Shown here: in pieces, positions 1 to 9,127 of the stretch
How the letters are laid out: each line of letters begins with the position of its first letter
How positions within the stretch are numbered: position 1 is the stretch's first letter
From: an uncultured Acidimicrobiaceae bacterium
GTDB lineage: Bacteria > Actinomycetota > Acidimicrobiia > Acidimicrobiales > RAAP-2
Reading direction: 5' to 3'
NCBI GenBank assembly: GCA_963753905.1
Contig: CAVWDZ010000001.1
Coordinates: 2,646,473-2,710,472, forward strand
Length of the DNA: 64,000 bases
Program-made: the position numbers and the translations under genes
The notes under the pieces: generated by a model
Databases searched by the model: none
Told to the model about the DNA's origin: nothing
Seen by the model: only the letters and a program-made list of their open reading frames with translations

Positions 1-448
1 GCGCGATGGACGTGAGGTCGTCCGGGTCCACGGTCGAAGTCAGACCGTTCCACGGAACGGCGACCGTCATGGCCGCCAGGGCGTCGACTCGATGGCGCAG
101 CCGGGACGGCATCACCTGCACGATCTTGGCCAAGGCCCGGACCGAGGACTCCTCGATCCCGACCACCGCACCCCCTTGGATGGCCGTCTGCACGCCGACA
201 CCGAGGGCCACCGCCTCCTCGTCGTCGAGGACCAGGGGGGGCAGGACGGCGCCGCGGGCCAACTGGTACCCACCATCGAGGCCGCGCTGGGCCTCGACCG
301 GGTAGCCCATCTCCCGCAGCCGGTCGATGTCCCGTCGCAGGGTCCGGGCCGACACCTCCAGCCGCTCGGCCAGCTCGGCTCCCGGCCAGTACCTGCGGGT
401 CTGCAGGAGGGAGAGGAGCCGGAGGGTCCGGGAGCTGGTGTTGGCCAC
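1..448 (-). CDS. YafY-family HTH/WYL transcriptional regulator, N-terminal part; runs off the left edge
   Basis: The minus frame from GTG at 448 reads VANTSSRTLRLLSLLQTRRYWPGAELAERLEVSARTLRRDIDRLREMGYPVEAQRGLDGGYQL..., a typical YafY N-terminal HTH. It is absent from the ORF track because the window edge truncates it. Confidence 0.8.
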   Translation of the reverse strand, partial: MANTSSRTLRLLSLLQTRRYWPGAELAERLEVSARTLRRDIDRLREMGYPVEAQRGLDGGYQLARGAVLPPLVLDDEEAVALGVGVQTAIQGGAVVGIEESSVRALAKIVQVMPSRLRHRVDALAAMTVAVPWNGLTSTVDPDDLTSIA

Positions 449-544
449 AAATCCAATTATCTCTCTATTGAGGACAGAGGACAGAAAGTGACCGCTAGTG
501 GGTTCATAGTGGTTCTCGACCCCAATCGAACGAAAGGCGTTCCC

Positions 545-1063
545 ATGCAAACCGACACCCAGACCATCACCGATGAGCGTGCCGACCTCCTCGAGACGCT
601 GGCCAAGCACCGGGGATTCCTGCTCCGGACCGTCCAGGGCATGACCGACGAGCAGGCCGGGCTCCGGCCGACCGTCAGCGAGCTCTGCCTGGGCGGGATC
701 GTCAAGCATGTGTCCCGGATGGAGGAGCGGTGGGTCGACTTCATCCTCGAGGGGCCCGGCGCCATCGGACCGGCCGACGCCACGGCCTTCGAGGCGCATC
801 TGGCCAGCTTCCTCATGGACGGGGTCTCCCTCGCCGAGCTGGTGGCCCGCTACGGGACGGTCGCACGCCGAACCGACGAGCTGGTGGCCACGCTGTCCTC
901 GTTGGACGACGCCCATCCCCTACCCGTGGCCCCATGGTTCGAGGCCGACGCGAGCTGGTCGGCCCGGCGCACCCTGCTCCACATCATCGCCGAAACGGCT
1001 CAGCACGCCGGCCACGCCGACATCATCCGCGAGACCATCGATGGCGCCAAGACCATGGGCTGA
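545..1063 (+). CDS. DinB-like / DUF664 family metal-binding protein
   Basis: ATG at 545 lies inside ORF 92..1063. The translation MQTDTQTITDERADLLETLAKHRGFLLRTV...LLHIIAETAQHAGHADIIRE is a DinB/DUF664 four-helix signature. The gene is divergent from the YafY regulator. Confidence 0.75.
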   Translation: MQTDTQTITDERADLLETLAKHRGFLLRTVQGMTDEQAGLRPTVSELCLGGIVKHVSRMEERWVDFILEGPGAIGPADATAFEAHLASFLMDGVSLAELVARYGTVARRTDELVATLSSLDDAHPLPVAPWFEADASWSARRTLLHIIAETAQHAGHADIIRETIDGAKTMG

Positions 1064-1084
1064 CCCTGACCGTGGCCGTAGTCT

Positions 1085-2014
1085 GTGCTCGTGCGAGTCA
1101 AGGCACTCCACGACGTGGTCGTGATCGGCGCCGGTGCAGCAGGTGTGAGTGCAGCGATCGAGTGCTTCGACATCCAGCTCGATGTCGTGGTGCTCGAGGC
1201 CGCACGCACGGTCGGGGGCCAGATCGGCGAGATCCCCCACACTGTGCGCAACGTGGCCCCGGCAGCGGAGGGTAACGACGCACTCGTCGAGGCACTGGCG
1301 CGCCATGCGGCAACGCTCGGTGACCGCCTGCGGCTCGACCAGACGGTGACCGGGGTGGATCTCGCGGCCGGGCTGGTCGACGCCGGCACACACCGATATC
1401 GGACCCGGAGTGTGCTGGTTGCCACGGGATCGCGCAGGCGCGAGCTCGACAACGCACCCGATGGCTCGTTCGGAGGGGACGTGACCTACCTGGTCGAGCC
1501 GCATCTGGCGCGGTTTGCCGGCCTGCCGATGGCGGTGATCGGCGGTGGAGACAGCGCCGCGCTCGACGCGTTGGATCTCGCCGCAGCCGGCTCGCCGGTG
1601 ATGCTCTTCCACCGTTCCCCCCGCCTGACGGCGAGACGAAACCTCGTCGAGCGCGTCAGGGCGGAGGATCGCATCACCGAGATGGCAGCATGGACGCTCG
1701 ACAGCCTCGTCGGTTCGGAGCGCCTCCAAGGGATCGACGTGTCGAACCCGAGCACCGGCGAGCATCGGCGGATCGACGTTGGAGGCCTCGTCCTCAAGCT
1801 CGGACGCCAACCGTGCGTCACCCTCGTTCACGATCAATTGGACCTGGGCAGCCATGGTGGGATCACGGTCGACGCCAACCTCCGCACGTCGGATGCGCGA
1901 ACGTTTGCCGCCGGGGATGTCGTCGAAGGAGCATACGAGCGCATCGCGACAGCAATCGGCCATGGTTCGCTCGCTGCCCGCTCGATCCTTCAGTATCTCG
2001 AGTCCGGCCCATGA
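1085..2014 (+). CDS. FAD/NAD(P)-binding oxidoreductase, thioredoxin-reductase-like, lacking the redox CxxC
   Basis: ORF 1085..2014 has VVVIGAGAAGVSAA (FAD GxGxxG), AVIGGGDSAALDALDLA (NAD(P) site) and FAAGDVV (C-terminal FAD motif). No CxxC is present where TrxB carries CATC. Confidence 0.8.
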   Translation: MLVRVKALHDVVVIGAGAAGVSAAIECFDIQLDVVVLEAARTVGGQIGEIPHTVRNVAPAAEGNDALVEALARHAATLGDRLRLDQTVTGVDLAAGLVDAGTHRYRTRSVLVATGSRRRELDNAPDGSFGGDVTYLVEPHLARFAGLPMAVIGGGDSAALDALDLAAAGSPVMLFHRSPRLTARRNLVERVRAEDRITEMAAWTLDSLVGSERLQGIDVSNPSTGEHRRIDVGGLVLKLGRQPCVTLVHDQLDLGSHGGITVDANLRTSDARTFAAGDVVEGAYERIATAIGHGSLAARSILQYLESGP

Positions 2015-2577
2015 CCGTCTCTCTGCCTACCGCAGCGACGATCCTTGGTGCTCTCCTGGACCCGACGGGGCGAGACGACAGACAGCAACTCGATGGGGAG
2101 CAGGCCGCGGTCATGGATCCGATCCTCGCACTCCACCGCAGCAACGCCGTGCAGTGGGATCGCGAAGACGACGCTCGCGCGGATCGGGCGGACGATGCCC
2201 TGGTAGCCGCCGCCAAGCGCGACATCGACCAGCTGAACAGCACCCGTCACGGGTTCATCGAAGCAATCGACTGCGCAATTCTCTCCGCGATCCATCCACG
2301 CGATGGTGCACCGCTGGTGACCGAGAGCCCGGGCATGGCGATCGACCGATTGTCGGTGCTCGTGATCCGACTGGCCTCGACCGAGGCCAGGGCGGCTTCG
2401 GGAGCACCCGATGCAGGCCGCTACGCGGAACGGCTTCCCCGGCTGCGGTGCCAACTCTCGGTGCTCGAAGAGGCGATCGCCACGTTGTTCGACGACCTGG
2501 CTACGGGCGCTCGGCGGTTCCTGGCGTACGAGAGCCTCAAGCTCTACGGACCGGACCACTCCGGACCAGTTCGCTGA
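2011..2577 (+). CDS. DUF4254-like protein
   Basis: ATG at 2011 overlaps the upstream stop as ATGA. The motifs LHRSNAVQWDREDDAR, AAAKRDIDQLNSTRHGFIEAID and MAIDRLSVLVIRL match my recollection of the DUF4254 family. That family usually sits next to GT9 glycosyltransferases. Confidence 0.6.
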   Translation: MTVSLPTAATILGALLDPTGRDDRQQLDGEQAAVMDPILALHRSNAVQWDREDDARADRADDALVAAAKRDIDQLNSTRHGFIEAIDCAILSAIHPRDGAPLVTESPGMAIDRLSVLVIRLASTEARAASGAPDAGRYAERLPRLRCQLSVLEEAIATLFDDLATGARRFLAYESLKLYGPDHSGPVR

Positions 2578-3613
2578 CGGTCCGCAACGACACCGTGTGG
2601 AGCTCGTACCCGCCGCGGTTGAAGCCGACGACCAGTTGGCCTCCCACCGCCGCTGCGTGAGCGATCCCGAGCGGGTGTGGGCCCAGCTCGCCGGTGACCT
2701 GGGTGGTGAACGGTGCACCGTGAGCGAGCGCGTGCAACTCCCCGCGGCGGCCCACGCCACAGGGCACGCCGTCCGCGAGGACCAGGGGCACGCCTCCGCT
2801 TCCCCAGGCGAGGTCGGCACCGAACCGCGCGGATCTGACGACGGCTCCACTGGCCAGGTCGAGCTGAGCAAGCCCCCCGCCCTCCAATTGCTCCCAGTCG
2901 TAGTCGTCGAGACCGGCACCACCCGAGGCACTGCCCGCAGCCCAGAGGGAGGACCCGCTCTCCAGCAGGACGGCGGAGAGAAAGTCGACACCGACCTCCC
3001 ATCGGGTGGCGCCGAGACGTCCGCGATCGGCTTCGACCAGACGGACCCGCCCCTCACCGCCGAGGGCAACCCAGCCGGTGCCCTCCGGTGTCGTGCTCGT
3101 GGCGAGAGCGGTGACGAAGCCGAAGGACTCGTGTGCTGTGGTCACCTCGAGGCTCTCGCGTGAGGAGCCGATCGGCCGGGTGACCAGCACGCCGCCGAGG
3201 CGCTCACCACGGGGCCGTGACGTCACCAGGCAGTCGCCCAGCACAGTCACCCTCTCGACGTCAGCAATGCAGTCGAGCCGCCGGGTTTCCTCGACGTAGG
3301 GCGCCACGCCGAGTTCCGGTCCGCGGAATCGTGGCGGCGCGAAGATCCGCACCAGGCCGAGATGGTTGACAACCGCGATCTCTCCGGTGTCAGGCAGTTC
3401 GAGGATGGCATGGATGTCGAGATCGAATTGGGACGTCTCGTCGTCTTCGGGGAACACGGTCTCGCCGAAGACGGCCAGCGGGTGCAGCGAAGCATCGGCG
3501 AACACCACGTTGCGGCCGAGGTTGTTCCAGGCGCACCCGATGCCGAGCGAGGCGATCCGACCGATGCCCGCGGGTTGGGAATTCGCGACCCGGCTCGCAG
3601 GGAACGAGTCCAT
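2537..3613 (-). CDS. Hypothetical protein, beta-rich and possibly propeller-like
   Basis: ORF 2537..3616. The ATG at 3613 shares one base with the GT9 stop (TGATG). There is no recognisable motif. It is the last gene of the QueD-QueC-GT9 operon. Confidence 0.55.
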   Translation of the reverse strand: MDSFPASRVANSQPAGIGRIASLGIGCAWNNLGRNVVFADASLHPLAVFGETVFPEDDETSQFDLDIHAILELPDTGEIAVVNHLGLVRIFAPPRFRGPELGVAPYVEETRRLDCIADVERVTVLGDCLVTSRPRGERLGGVLVTRPIGSSRESLEVTTAHESFGFVTALATSTTPEGTGWVALGGEGRVRLVEADRGRLGATRWEVGVDFLSAVLLESGSSLWAAGSASGGAGLDDYDWEQLEGGGLAQLDLASGAVVRSARFGADLAWGSGGVPLVLADGVPCGVGRRGELHALAHGAPFTTQVTGELGPHPLGIAHAAAVGGQLVVGFNRGGYELHTVSLRTVSELVRSGPVRRA

Positions 3614-4530
3614 CAACGGACCTCATCCAGCGCCTGCAACACCGAAGCTGGCGCAATCGTGTCGAGGCAGGCCGAGTTCGCGGGACAGACACGGGGCGTC
3701 GGGTGCGTCGCGCCAAGGTGTACGCGCTGGTTGTAGGCGTACGTCTCCTCCGCAACCTGGCACGCCGGATCACAGGAAGATCCGGTCACGAGACGGGTGT
3801 GGTCCCAGTCCCGGAAGTAGACAGCCGGATTCCGGCAGAGGGTGACCGTCGGTGTCCCCTGTTGCGCTGCGATGTGGGTCAGACCGGTGTCGACGCCGAC
3901 AACAGCCCGACATGCAGTCAGCACGTCGACGGCATCGCCTGGAGTCGGTGCCACGAATCTGGCGAGTCCCTGATCCACGAGGACGTTGCTTCCGCCGTCA
4001 CGGGTGACGACAGCGACACCGAGGCCTCGGCGTCCGAGCCCTGCGGCAAGCTCGACCCAATGCTCGGGGAGCCAGCGCTTTGCCGTGCCGTCGGCGTCGG
4101 CCACGAACAGGACCAGACCCTTCGCATCAGGTCGGTCCCGCGACTCGAGCGGTACCGGTGCGGAGAAGTCGGCGATCACGCCGAGATCGGCCCCGATGCG
4201 GGCGATGATCTCGTTGATCGACAGAGTGCCGTACGCGGCAGAAAATTCCGGCGACCCCCACCAGTAGTCACGCTGCAGGGGGTGGTCGCGCAGGTCCACG
4301 AGCCCTTCTGGCGGCCAGGTCGCAGGGTCACCCTCGGCGACCGTCCCGGCGAGACCGCTGATGCGTGCGGCGAGGGCCGCCTGGCTCTGGGATCTGGTCA
4401 CCAGCCAGGTCTCTGTGCCCGAGCACCAGCCGGCCCTCACTGCCGCCTGCACCACCGGGAGGGAGACGACAAGATCCCCCAGGCCGAACGACACCGGAGC
4501 GATGAATCGCCGGCCGACGGTGGTCCTCAC
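3613..4530 (-). CDS. Glycosyltransferase family 9 (heptosyltransferase-like, GT-B fold)
   Basis: This is the C-terminal 305 aa of ORF 3613..4848. GTG at 4530 overlaps the queC stop as GTGA. Motifs: FGLGDLVVSLPVV, AKRWLPEHWVELA, VVGVDTGLTHIAAQQGTPTVTL. Confidence 0.75.
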   Translation of the reverse strand: MRTTVGRRFIAPVSFGLGDLVVSLPVVQAAVRAGWCSGTETWLVTRSQSQAALAARISGLAGTVAEGDPATWPPEGLVDLRDHPLQRDYWWGSPEFSAAYGTLSINEIIARIGADLGVIADFSAPVPLESRDRPDAKGLVLFVADADGTAKRWLPEHWVELAAGLGRRGLGVAVVTRDGGSNVLVDQGLARFVAPTPGDAVDVLTACRAVVGVDTGLTHIAAQQGTPTVTLCRNPAVYFRDWDHTRLVTGSSCDPACQVAEETYAYNQRVHLGATHPTPRVCPANSACLDTIAPASVLQALDEVR

Positions 4531-5228
4531 GTGGCGTACTCGGTGGTGTCTGCAACACCCAGGTCTCTGAACGCGAGCTGGCGTTCGGCGCACTTGTTGC
4601 AGCGTCCGCAGTGGCGTTCCGAACGCGGCGCGATGCAAGAGAAGGTGAGGTCGAGTGCGAGTCGTTGACCGACTTCCAGGACGTCGCGCTTGGAGCGGCC
4701 GGCGAACGGGGTCACCACCGCGAGGGGGCAGCCGAGCGCCCGTCCGGCCAACGCCGAAAAGCCCGCGAAGAACTCGCCGTCGGCGTCGGGAAACGGGTTG
4801 GCGGCCAAGGTGCCGAGGGCGATCGTCGGAATTCCGTTGAGCGCGCACCAGACGCTCGACTTCGCCAGCAGCAGAAGGTTGCGTCCGGGAAGGTAGACGG
4901 CTTCGTCGGGTGAGTGGTCGTCAGGAACGTCTCGGCCAGTGGTGCTCCAGTGCGTCCCGTAGATGTCGGCGACCGGCAGGTCGAGCTCGACCAGGGGGTT
5001 GACGTTCTGGTTCGGCAACGATGCGAGGAACCGCTCGAGATGTCGGGCCTCCACGTCCTCCCATGCGAGTCCGAAGCGGACGTAGATGGGCGTCACCTCG
5101 CTCTTCCCACTGGCGAGGTGCGCGACCAGAATGGCGCTGTCGAGGCCGCCGCTCGCCAGGACAGCGACTGAATCTGCTACGACCACAGCACCTACGGCTC
5201 GCCCCGGTAGACGCAGCCAGAGGTGCAT
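4527..5228 (-). CDS. queC: 7-cyano-7-deazaguanine synthase (QueC-type PP-loop ATPase)
   Basis: Contains the PP-loop LASGGLDS and the C-terminal zinc motif SCIAPRSERHCGRCNKCAERQLAF. The start is ambiguous: ATG at 5228 overlaps queD, and GTG at 5186 is the alternative. Confidence 0.8.
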   Translation of the reverse strand: MHLWLRLPGRAVGAVVVADSVAVLASGGLDSAILVAHLASGKSEVTPIYVRFGLAWEDVEARHLERFLASLPNQNVNPLVELDLPVADIYGTHWSTTGRDVPDDHSPDEAVYLPGRNLLLLAKSSVWCALNGIPTIALGTLAANPFPDADGEFFAGFSALAGRALGCPLAVVTPFAGRSKRDVLEVGQRLALDLTFSCIAPRSERHCGRCNKCAERQLAFRDLGVADTTEYAT

Positions 5229-5551
5229 GTCTCGCGGACGACCACCTGAGACAGCTCTGGCAGCGAAACGCTCAGGCGGTCCCAGATCCACCGGGCGAGC
5301 ACCTCACTCGTCGGATTTTCGAGACCGTCGATCTCGTTCAGGTAGTAGTGGTCGAGCACCCCGAGGAGGGGTGCCATCGCACAGCTGATGTCGTGGAAGT
5401 CTCGGACCCAGCCATCAACCGCGTCGACGGGTCCCGTCAGGTGCACCGAAACCTGGAACGAGTGCCCGTGCAGGCGGGCGCACTTGTGTTCTGGGGCAAC
5501 GTTTGGCAGCCGATGAGCGGCCTCGAACGTGAACTCCTTGAAGATCTCCAC
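5192..5551 (-). CDS. queD: 6-carboxy-5,6,7,8-tetrahydropterin synthase / PTPS family (QueD)
   Basis: 119 aa. MEIFKEFTFEAAHRLPNVAPEHKCARLHGHSFQV carries the Cys and HxH zinc/catalytic motif of QueD/PTPS. Confidence 0.85.
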   Translation of the reverse strand: MEIFKEFTFEAAHRLPNVAPEHKCARLHGHSFQVSVHLTGPVDAVDGWVRDFHDISCAMAPLLGVLDHYYLNEIDGLENPTSEVLARWIWDRLSVSLPELSQVVVRETCTSGCVYRGEP

Positions 5552-5624
5552 GGTGAGACCCTAACGCTCGGTCCCTTCGGGGTCGACCGGGCACGGGAAC
5601 CGCGCCGGTCGGGCGCGAACCTCG

Positions 5625-6104
5625 TTACGAGGACGCAGCGGCCGCGACATGCGGTAGCGCAAGAATCGCCTGGAGCGGTTCGCCTTCGTCCCGGCCCAGC
5701 GCACGACGAACGAAGACGGCCAAGGCCTCTTCGTGCGCGACGTAGGCCTCGGCGATGGCGCGCTCCGTCTCGTCGCCGGCAAGCCCTACCAGCTGGCGGT
5801 ACCGCGAAAGGAACTGCGTGATCACCGGTTCGAACGAGCCGAGGAACTCCTCCCAGGTCAGGGCCGCGACGGCGTCGGCCATTTCTGCTGCAGCCGCCAC
5901 AGTGGCCACCGTGTCGCCGCAGTCGAGCGCCCCCTGCTCGAAGATCGGGTCTGCAAGCTCCTTGGTCGCCCGTTCGAGCAGCGTCAGTATCTCCAACTGC
6001 CGGCGGTGCTCAGGATCCTTCTCACGCGAGGCCAGCAGTCCGAACAGGGCCTCGCCGAGTACTTCTCCCTGGTAGGACTCGACCCACAGCTCCTCTCTGC
6101 CCAT
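5625..6104 (-). CDS. Hypothetical all-helical protein
   Basis: ORF 5625..6104 has coding-like codon usage. It lies on the same strand as queD, 73 nt upstream. No motif was recognised. Confidence 0.5.
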   Translation of the reverse strand: MGREELWVESYQGEVLGEALFGLLASREKDPEHRRQLEILTLLERATKELADPIFEQGALDCGDTVATVAAAAEMADAVAALTWEEFLGSFEPVITQFLSRYRQLVGLAGDETERAIAEAYVAHEEALAVFVRRALGRDEGEPLQAILALPHVAAAASS

Positions 6105-6182
6105 GCTCTCACTGTACGACGCTGTGCGAGCAGTTGTCGCAGCGGAAGGACGCTCGCCGGCGTGGCCCGTGCCCGCTGACGG

Positions 6183-7229
6183 TCAGCGAGCTCCAGTTCT
6201 CGCGGGGTTCGCAGACCGGTGCCTGAATGCTTGCCGATACGCCTGCGGACTCGTCTGGACTGTTCGGCCGAAGTGCTTTCTCAGGTTTGCTGCCGTCGAG
6301 AAGCCACTCCGAGCAGCGACGACCTCGATGGGCACATCAGTGGCTTCGAGAAGTCTCTGAGCCAGTTTGACACGCTGGGCTTGCAGCCAGCGATGTGGGG
6401 TGGTCCCCGTCGCGGCCTGAAACCGCCGGGCAAACGTTCGGGTGCTCATCGCCGCTCGAGCCGAGAGATCCTCAACGGACAGTTCCTCACCGAGGTGACC
6501 CTGCATCCAAGCGACCGTGTCGGACAGCAGATCCGAGTCATCCAGCTCAGGGAGTGGATGGTCGATGTACTGTGCCTGTCCGCCATCGCGCTGGGGCGGG
6601 ACCACCAACTGGCGAGCCAGTCGCGTCGCCACTTCGCTCCCGTAGTCCTGACGGACGAGATGGAGGCAGAGATCGATACCGGCCGCGCTGCCAGCTCCGG
6701 TGAGGATGTCACCGTCGTCGACGAACAGGACGCTGGGATCCACCAGGAGATCGGGATAGCGACGAGCCAGCTCGTCGCATTCCGTCCAGTGCGTTGCGGC
6801 CCGCCGACCGTCGAGCAGGCCGGCTTCTGCCAGGACGAAGGCGCCACCGCAGAGCGACAGCAGTCGACACCCTCTGGCGTGTGCCCGTCTGAGCTCGTGG
6901 AAGACACGTTCGGGAATTGCAGAGGGTCGGTAGGTCGGAGCCACGATCACCGTGTCGACCCGTTCCAGAACCTCGAGTCCGTGGGGGACGAGGATCTGGA
7001 AGCCGCTGTCAGATGTCAGCGGGGTCGAGTTCTCCCCACACACGAAGAGCCGGTACCAGGGATCGCCGGGAGCCACCCAGCGATCGTCGCCGAAGATCTC
7101 ACAGGCAACCCCGAGCTCGAACACGGTAAATCCCTCGTAGAGGACGATGGCGATGTCGTGCCCCTCGCGCCTGGGCGGCTGACGACGTTTCGCTGAAGCA
7201 TCAGAGTTGGCAGATTCGTCGCGCACCAT
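6183..7229 (-). CDS. GlxA-family regulator (DJ-1/PfpI-like domain plus AraC HTH)
   Basis: N-terminal HDIAIVLYEGFTVFELGVACEIF...LSLCGGAFVLAEAGLL (DJ-1-like). C-terminal LSARAAMSTRTFARRFQAATGTTPHRWLQAQRVKLAQRLLE...SGFSTAANLRKHF (AraC HTH). Confidence 0.85.
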   Translation of the reverse strand: MVRDESANSDASAKRRQPPRREGHDIAIVLYEGFTVFELGVACEIFGDDRWVAPGDPWYRLFVCGENSTPLTSDSGFQILVPHGLEVLERVDTVIVAPTYRPSAIPERVFHELRRAHARGCRLLSLCGGAFVLAEAGLLDGRRAATHWTECDELARRYPDLLVDPSVLFVDDGDILTGAGSAAGIDLCLHLVRQDYGSEVATRLARQLVVPPQRDGGQAQYIDHPLPELDDSDLLSDTVAWMQGHLGEELSVEDLSARAAMSTRTFARRFQAATGTTPHRWLQAQRVKLAQRLLEATDVPIEVVAARSGFSTAANLRKHFGRTVQTSPQAYRQAFRHRSANPARTGAR

Positions 7230-7281
7230 GTCAATGTTGCCACTTTCGGAGATGGCCTGTCTGGCCCACGATCAAAGGGTG

Positions 7282-7890
7282 ATGAGCTCCAGAATCCTCC
7301 AGGCGATTGCCAGCGGGCCGAGCAGTCATGTGCCACCGGTGGAGCGCCGAACGCGCCGAGCGACGATGAGATCGCTCCGGATGCAGCCAGACCGCTCCGC
7401 GTCCCGAGCAACGATCCATCTCGTGTACGAGCGGGCCGCTCCGCACCGACTAACCGCCCGATCGAACAGGCGATGGTCACGAGTGATCTCGCAGCTGCTG
7501 GCCCCTTCTCTCGATCGCAGGCTTGCCGAGGGTCGTGCGCCCGAGACGCACCTGTTGCTGGCGGCCCGCGCCCACGTTCTCGTCTCTCCGGTCAAGCGTC
7601 AGCGGCTTGCACACGCTTGGGTCGATCTCCTGGGACTGGCTCGAAGGCCAGCCCGGCTGCGTGACCCACGGTCACCGATCAACCGTGACGGCATCTTGTC
7701 CAATGAGCCCGAGATTCGGGCGCTGCTCGATGTCCTGGTTGCTCCGACGCCTGGCCATGTCCGCGGCATCGCCTTGCTGAGCTGGCTGCTCTCCGACGGG
7801 GCAGGACCTGTGTACGATCGTCGACGCTTCGATGAGCTTCGTGGGGCACTCCTACAGGCAAGTGCTCTGCTCGATTCTGCAGCGATGTGA
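7282..7890 (+). CDS. Hypothetical protein
   Basis: This is the 3' two-thirds of ORF 7207..7890, which has coding-like third positions. The start is uncertain: ATG at 7282, 7366 or 7381, or GTG at 7483. Confidence 0.4.
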   Translation: MSSRILQAIASGPSSHVPPVERRTRRATMRSLRMQPDRSASRATIHLVYERAAPHRLTARSNRRWSRVISQLLAPSLDRRLAEGRAPETHLLLAARAHVLVSPVKRQRLAHAWVDLLGLARRPARLRDPRSPINRDGILSNEPEIRALLDVLVAPTPGHVRGIALLSWLLSDGAGPVYDRRRFDELRGALLQASALLDSAAM

Positions 7891-8260
7891 TCCAGGTCCG
7901 GACCCTTGCGGTCAGGTCCCGCCGAAGCCGCGGTCCGATGGGCGAGGAGCCGAAGGGCAGCCCGCCGGCATGCGGGGGAATACGAGGGGAAGGTCCGCGA
8001 CGGGGACGTTCCCGAGCGCTGCGATCCCCGCGTTCAGCGACTCTTTCCGCAGCCAACCAAATACGCCGATGCAGCCCCCGACCGTTCCGAAGGGTGCCCA
8101 GGGCGGTCACGATTCCGAGGATCGCCGCCCGGTTGACGACGGAGGACACGGTCTAGGCTGGGCCCGTCGCCGCGAGGAAGTGGCTCAGCACCATGAGGCG
8201 CCGCACACAACTGTGGCCGGCAAACGCCTTGGCCTGATCACACTGGAGGGACCGTTCCTG

Positions 8261-9076
8261 ATGATCCGTCGCATCTTCTCCGAACCCGTAGCGGCCAAGG
8301 TGCCCGAGGTCATCTTCTTGTTCTGGGTGATCAAGATCCTGACCACGGCCGGTGGCGAGGCCACCTCTGACTACTTCAAGACCTGGGGGAACATCGGCGG
8401 CGGAGGAACCGAGGTTGCCCTGTTCCTCATCGGGTTGCTGCTCCAGTTCGGGACTCGGAGGTACCGGGCTTTCGCCTACTGGTTCTTGGCCTACTCCATC
8501 GCCATCTTCGGCACAGGCGTCGCCGACTTCCTCCACCTCGATGTCGGCATCCCCTACGACGGAACGACCGCTCTCTGGGCGGTGGTGCTGGCCGCCATTT
8601 TCTTGGTTTGGCACCGCTACGAGCGAACGCTGTCGATCCACAGCATCACGACCCAGCGACGGGAGATCTTCTACTGGGCCACCGTGTTCGCCACCTTCGC
8701 CCTCGGCACCGCGCTCGGGGACTTCACCGCGAACCAGCTCGGCCTGGGCTACCTGGCGTCGACGATCCTCTTCGGCGTCGTCATTCTCATCCCAGCCGTA
8801 GCCTGGTGGCAGCTCGGCATGAACGGAGTAGCGGCCTTCTGGTGCGCCTACGTCGTGACGCGGCCTCTCGGCGCTTCCATCGCCGACTACATCAGCAAAC
8901 CGCAGCACCTGAGCGGGATCGGGTTCGGAGACGGCCCCACCGCAGTCGTGTTCACCCTGGCCGTTGCCGTACTGGTGCTCTACCTCACCATCGCACACCC
9001 AGACATCCAGGAAGGCGTCGGCAGGTCGGAGAGCTCCGAGCGCTCGATGACCGTCGCGTTCGAGGAGGGCGTCTGA
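8261..9076 (+). CDS. Polytopic membrane protein (COG4705-like, uncharacterised)
   Basis: ATG at 8261 is preceded by GGAGGGA 11 nt upstream. There are about 8 hydrophobic segments (VIFLFWVIKILTTAGGEATSDY..., FYWATVFATFALGTALGDF...). Confidence 0.7.
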   Translation: MIRRIFSEPVAAKVPEVIFLFWVIKILTTAGGEATSDYFKTWGNIGGGGTEVALFLIGLLLQFGTRRYRAFAYWFLAYSIAIFGTGVADFLHLDVGIPYDGTTALWAVVLAAIFLVWHRYERTLSIHSITTQRREIFYWATVFATFALGTALGDFTANQLGLGYLASTILFGVVILIPAVAWWQLGMNGVAAFWCAYVVTRPLGASIADYISKPQHLSGIGFGDGPTAVVFTLAVAVLVLYLTIAHPDIQEGVGRSESSERSMTVAFEEGV

Positions 9077-9127
9077 CCGCTGTGCAACGGACCTCACGGT
9101 CACGGACCGGTAGGGGAGAATGTCCCC

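Noticed and set aside
4527-5551. QueC and QueD as part of a 7-deazaguanine DNA-modification (Dpd) system or a QatABCD-type defence system.
   Set aside because: No DpdA/TGT-like transglycosylase, helicase or ATPase partner, or TatD nuclease was seen nearby. The QueC is of ordinary size, and its neighbours are glycosyltransferase-type genes.
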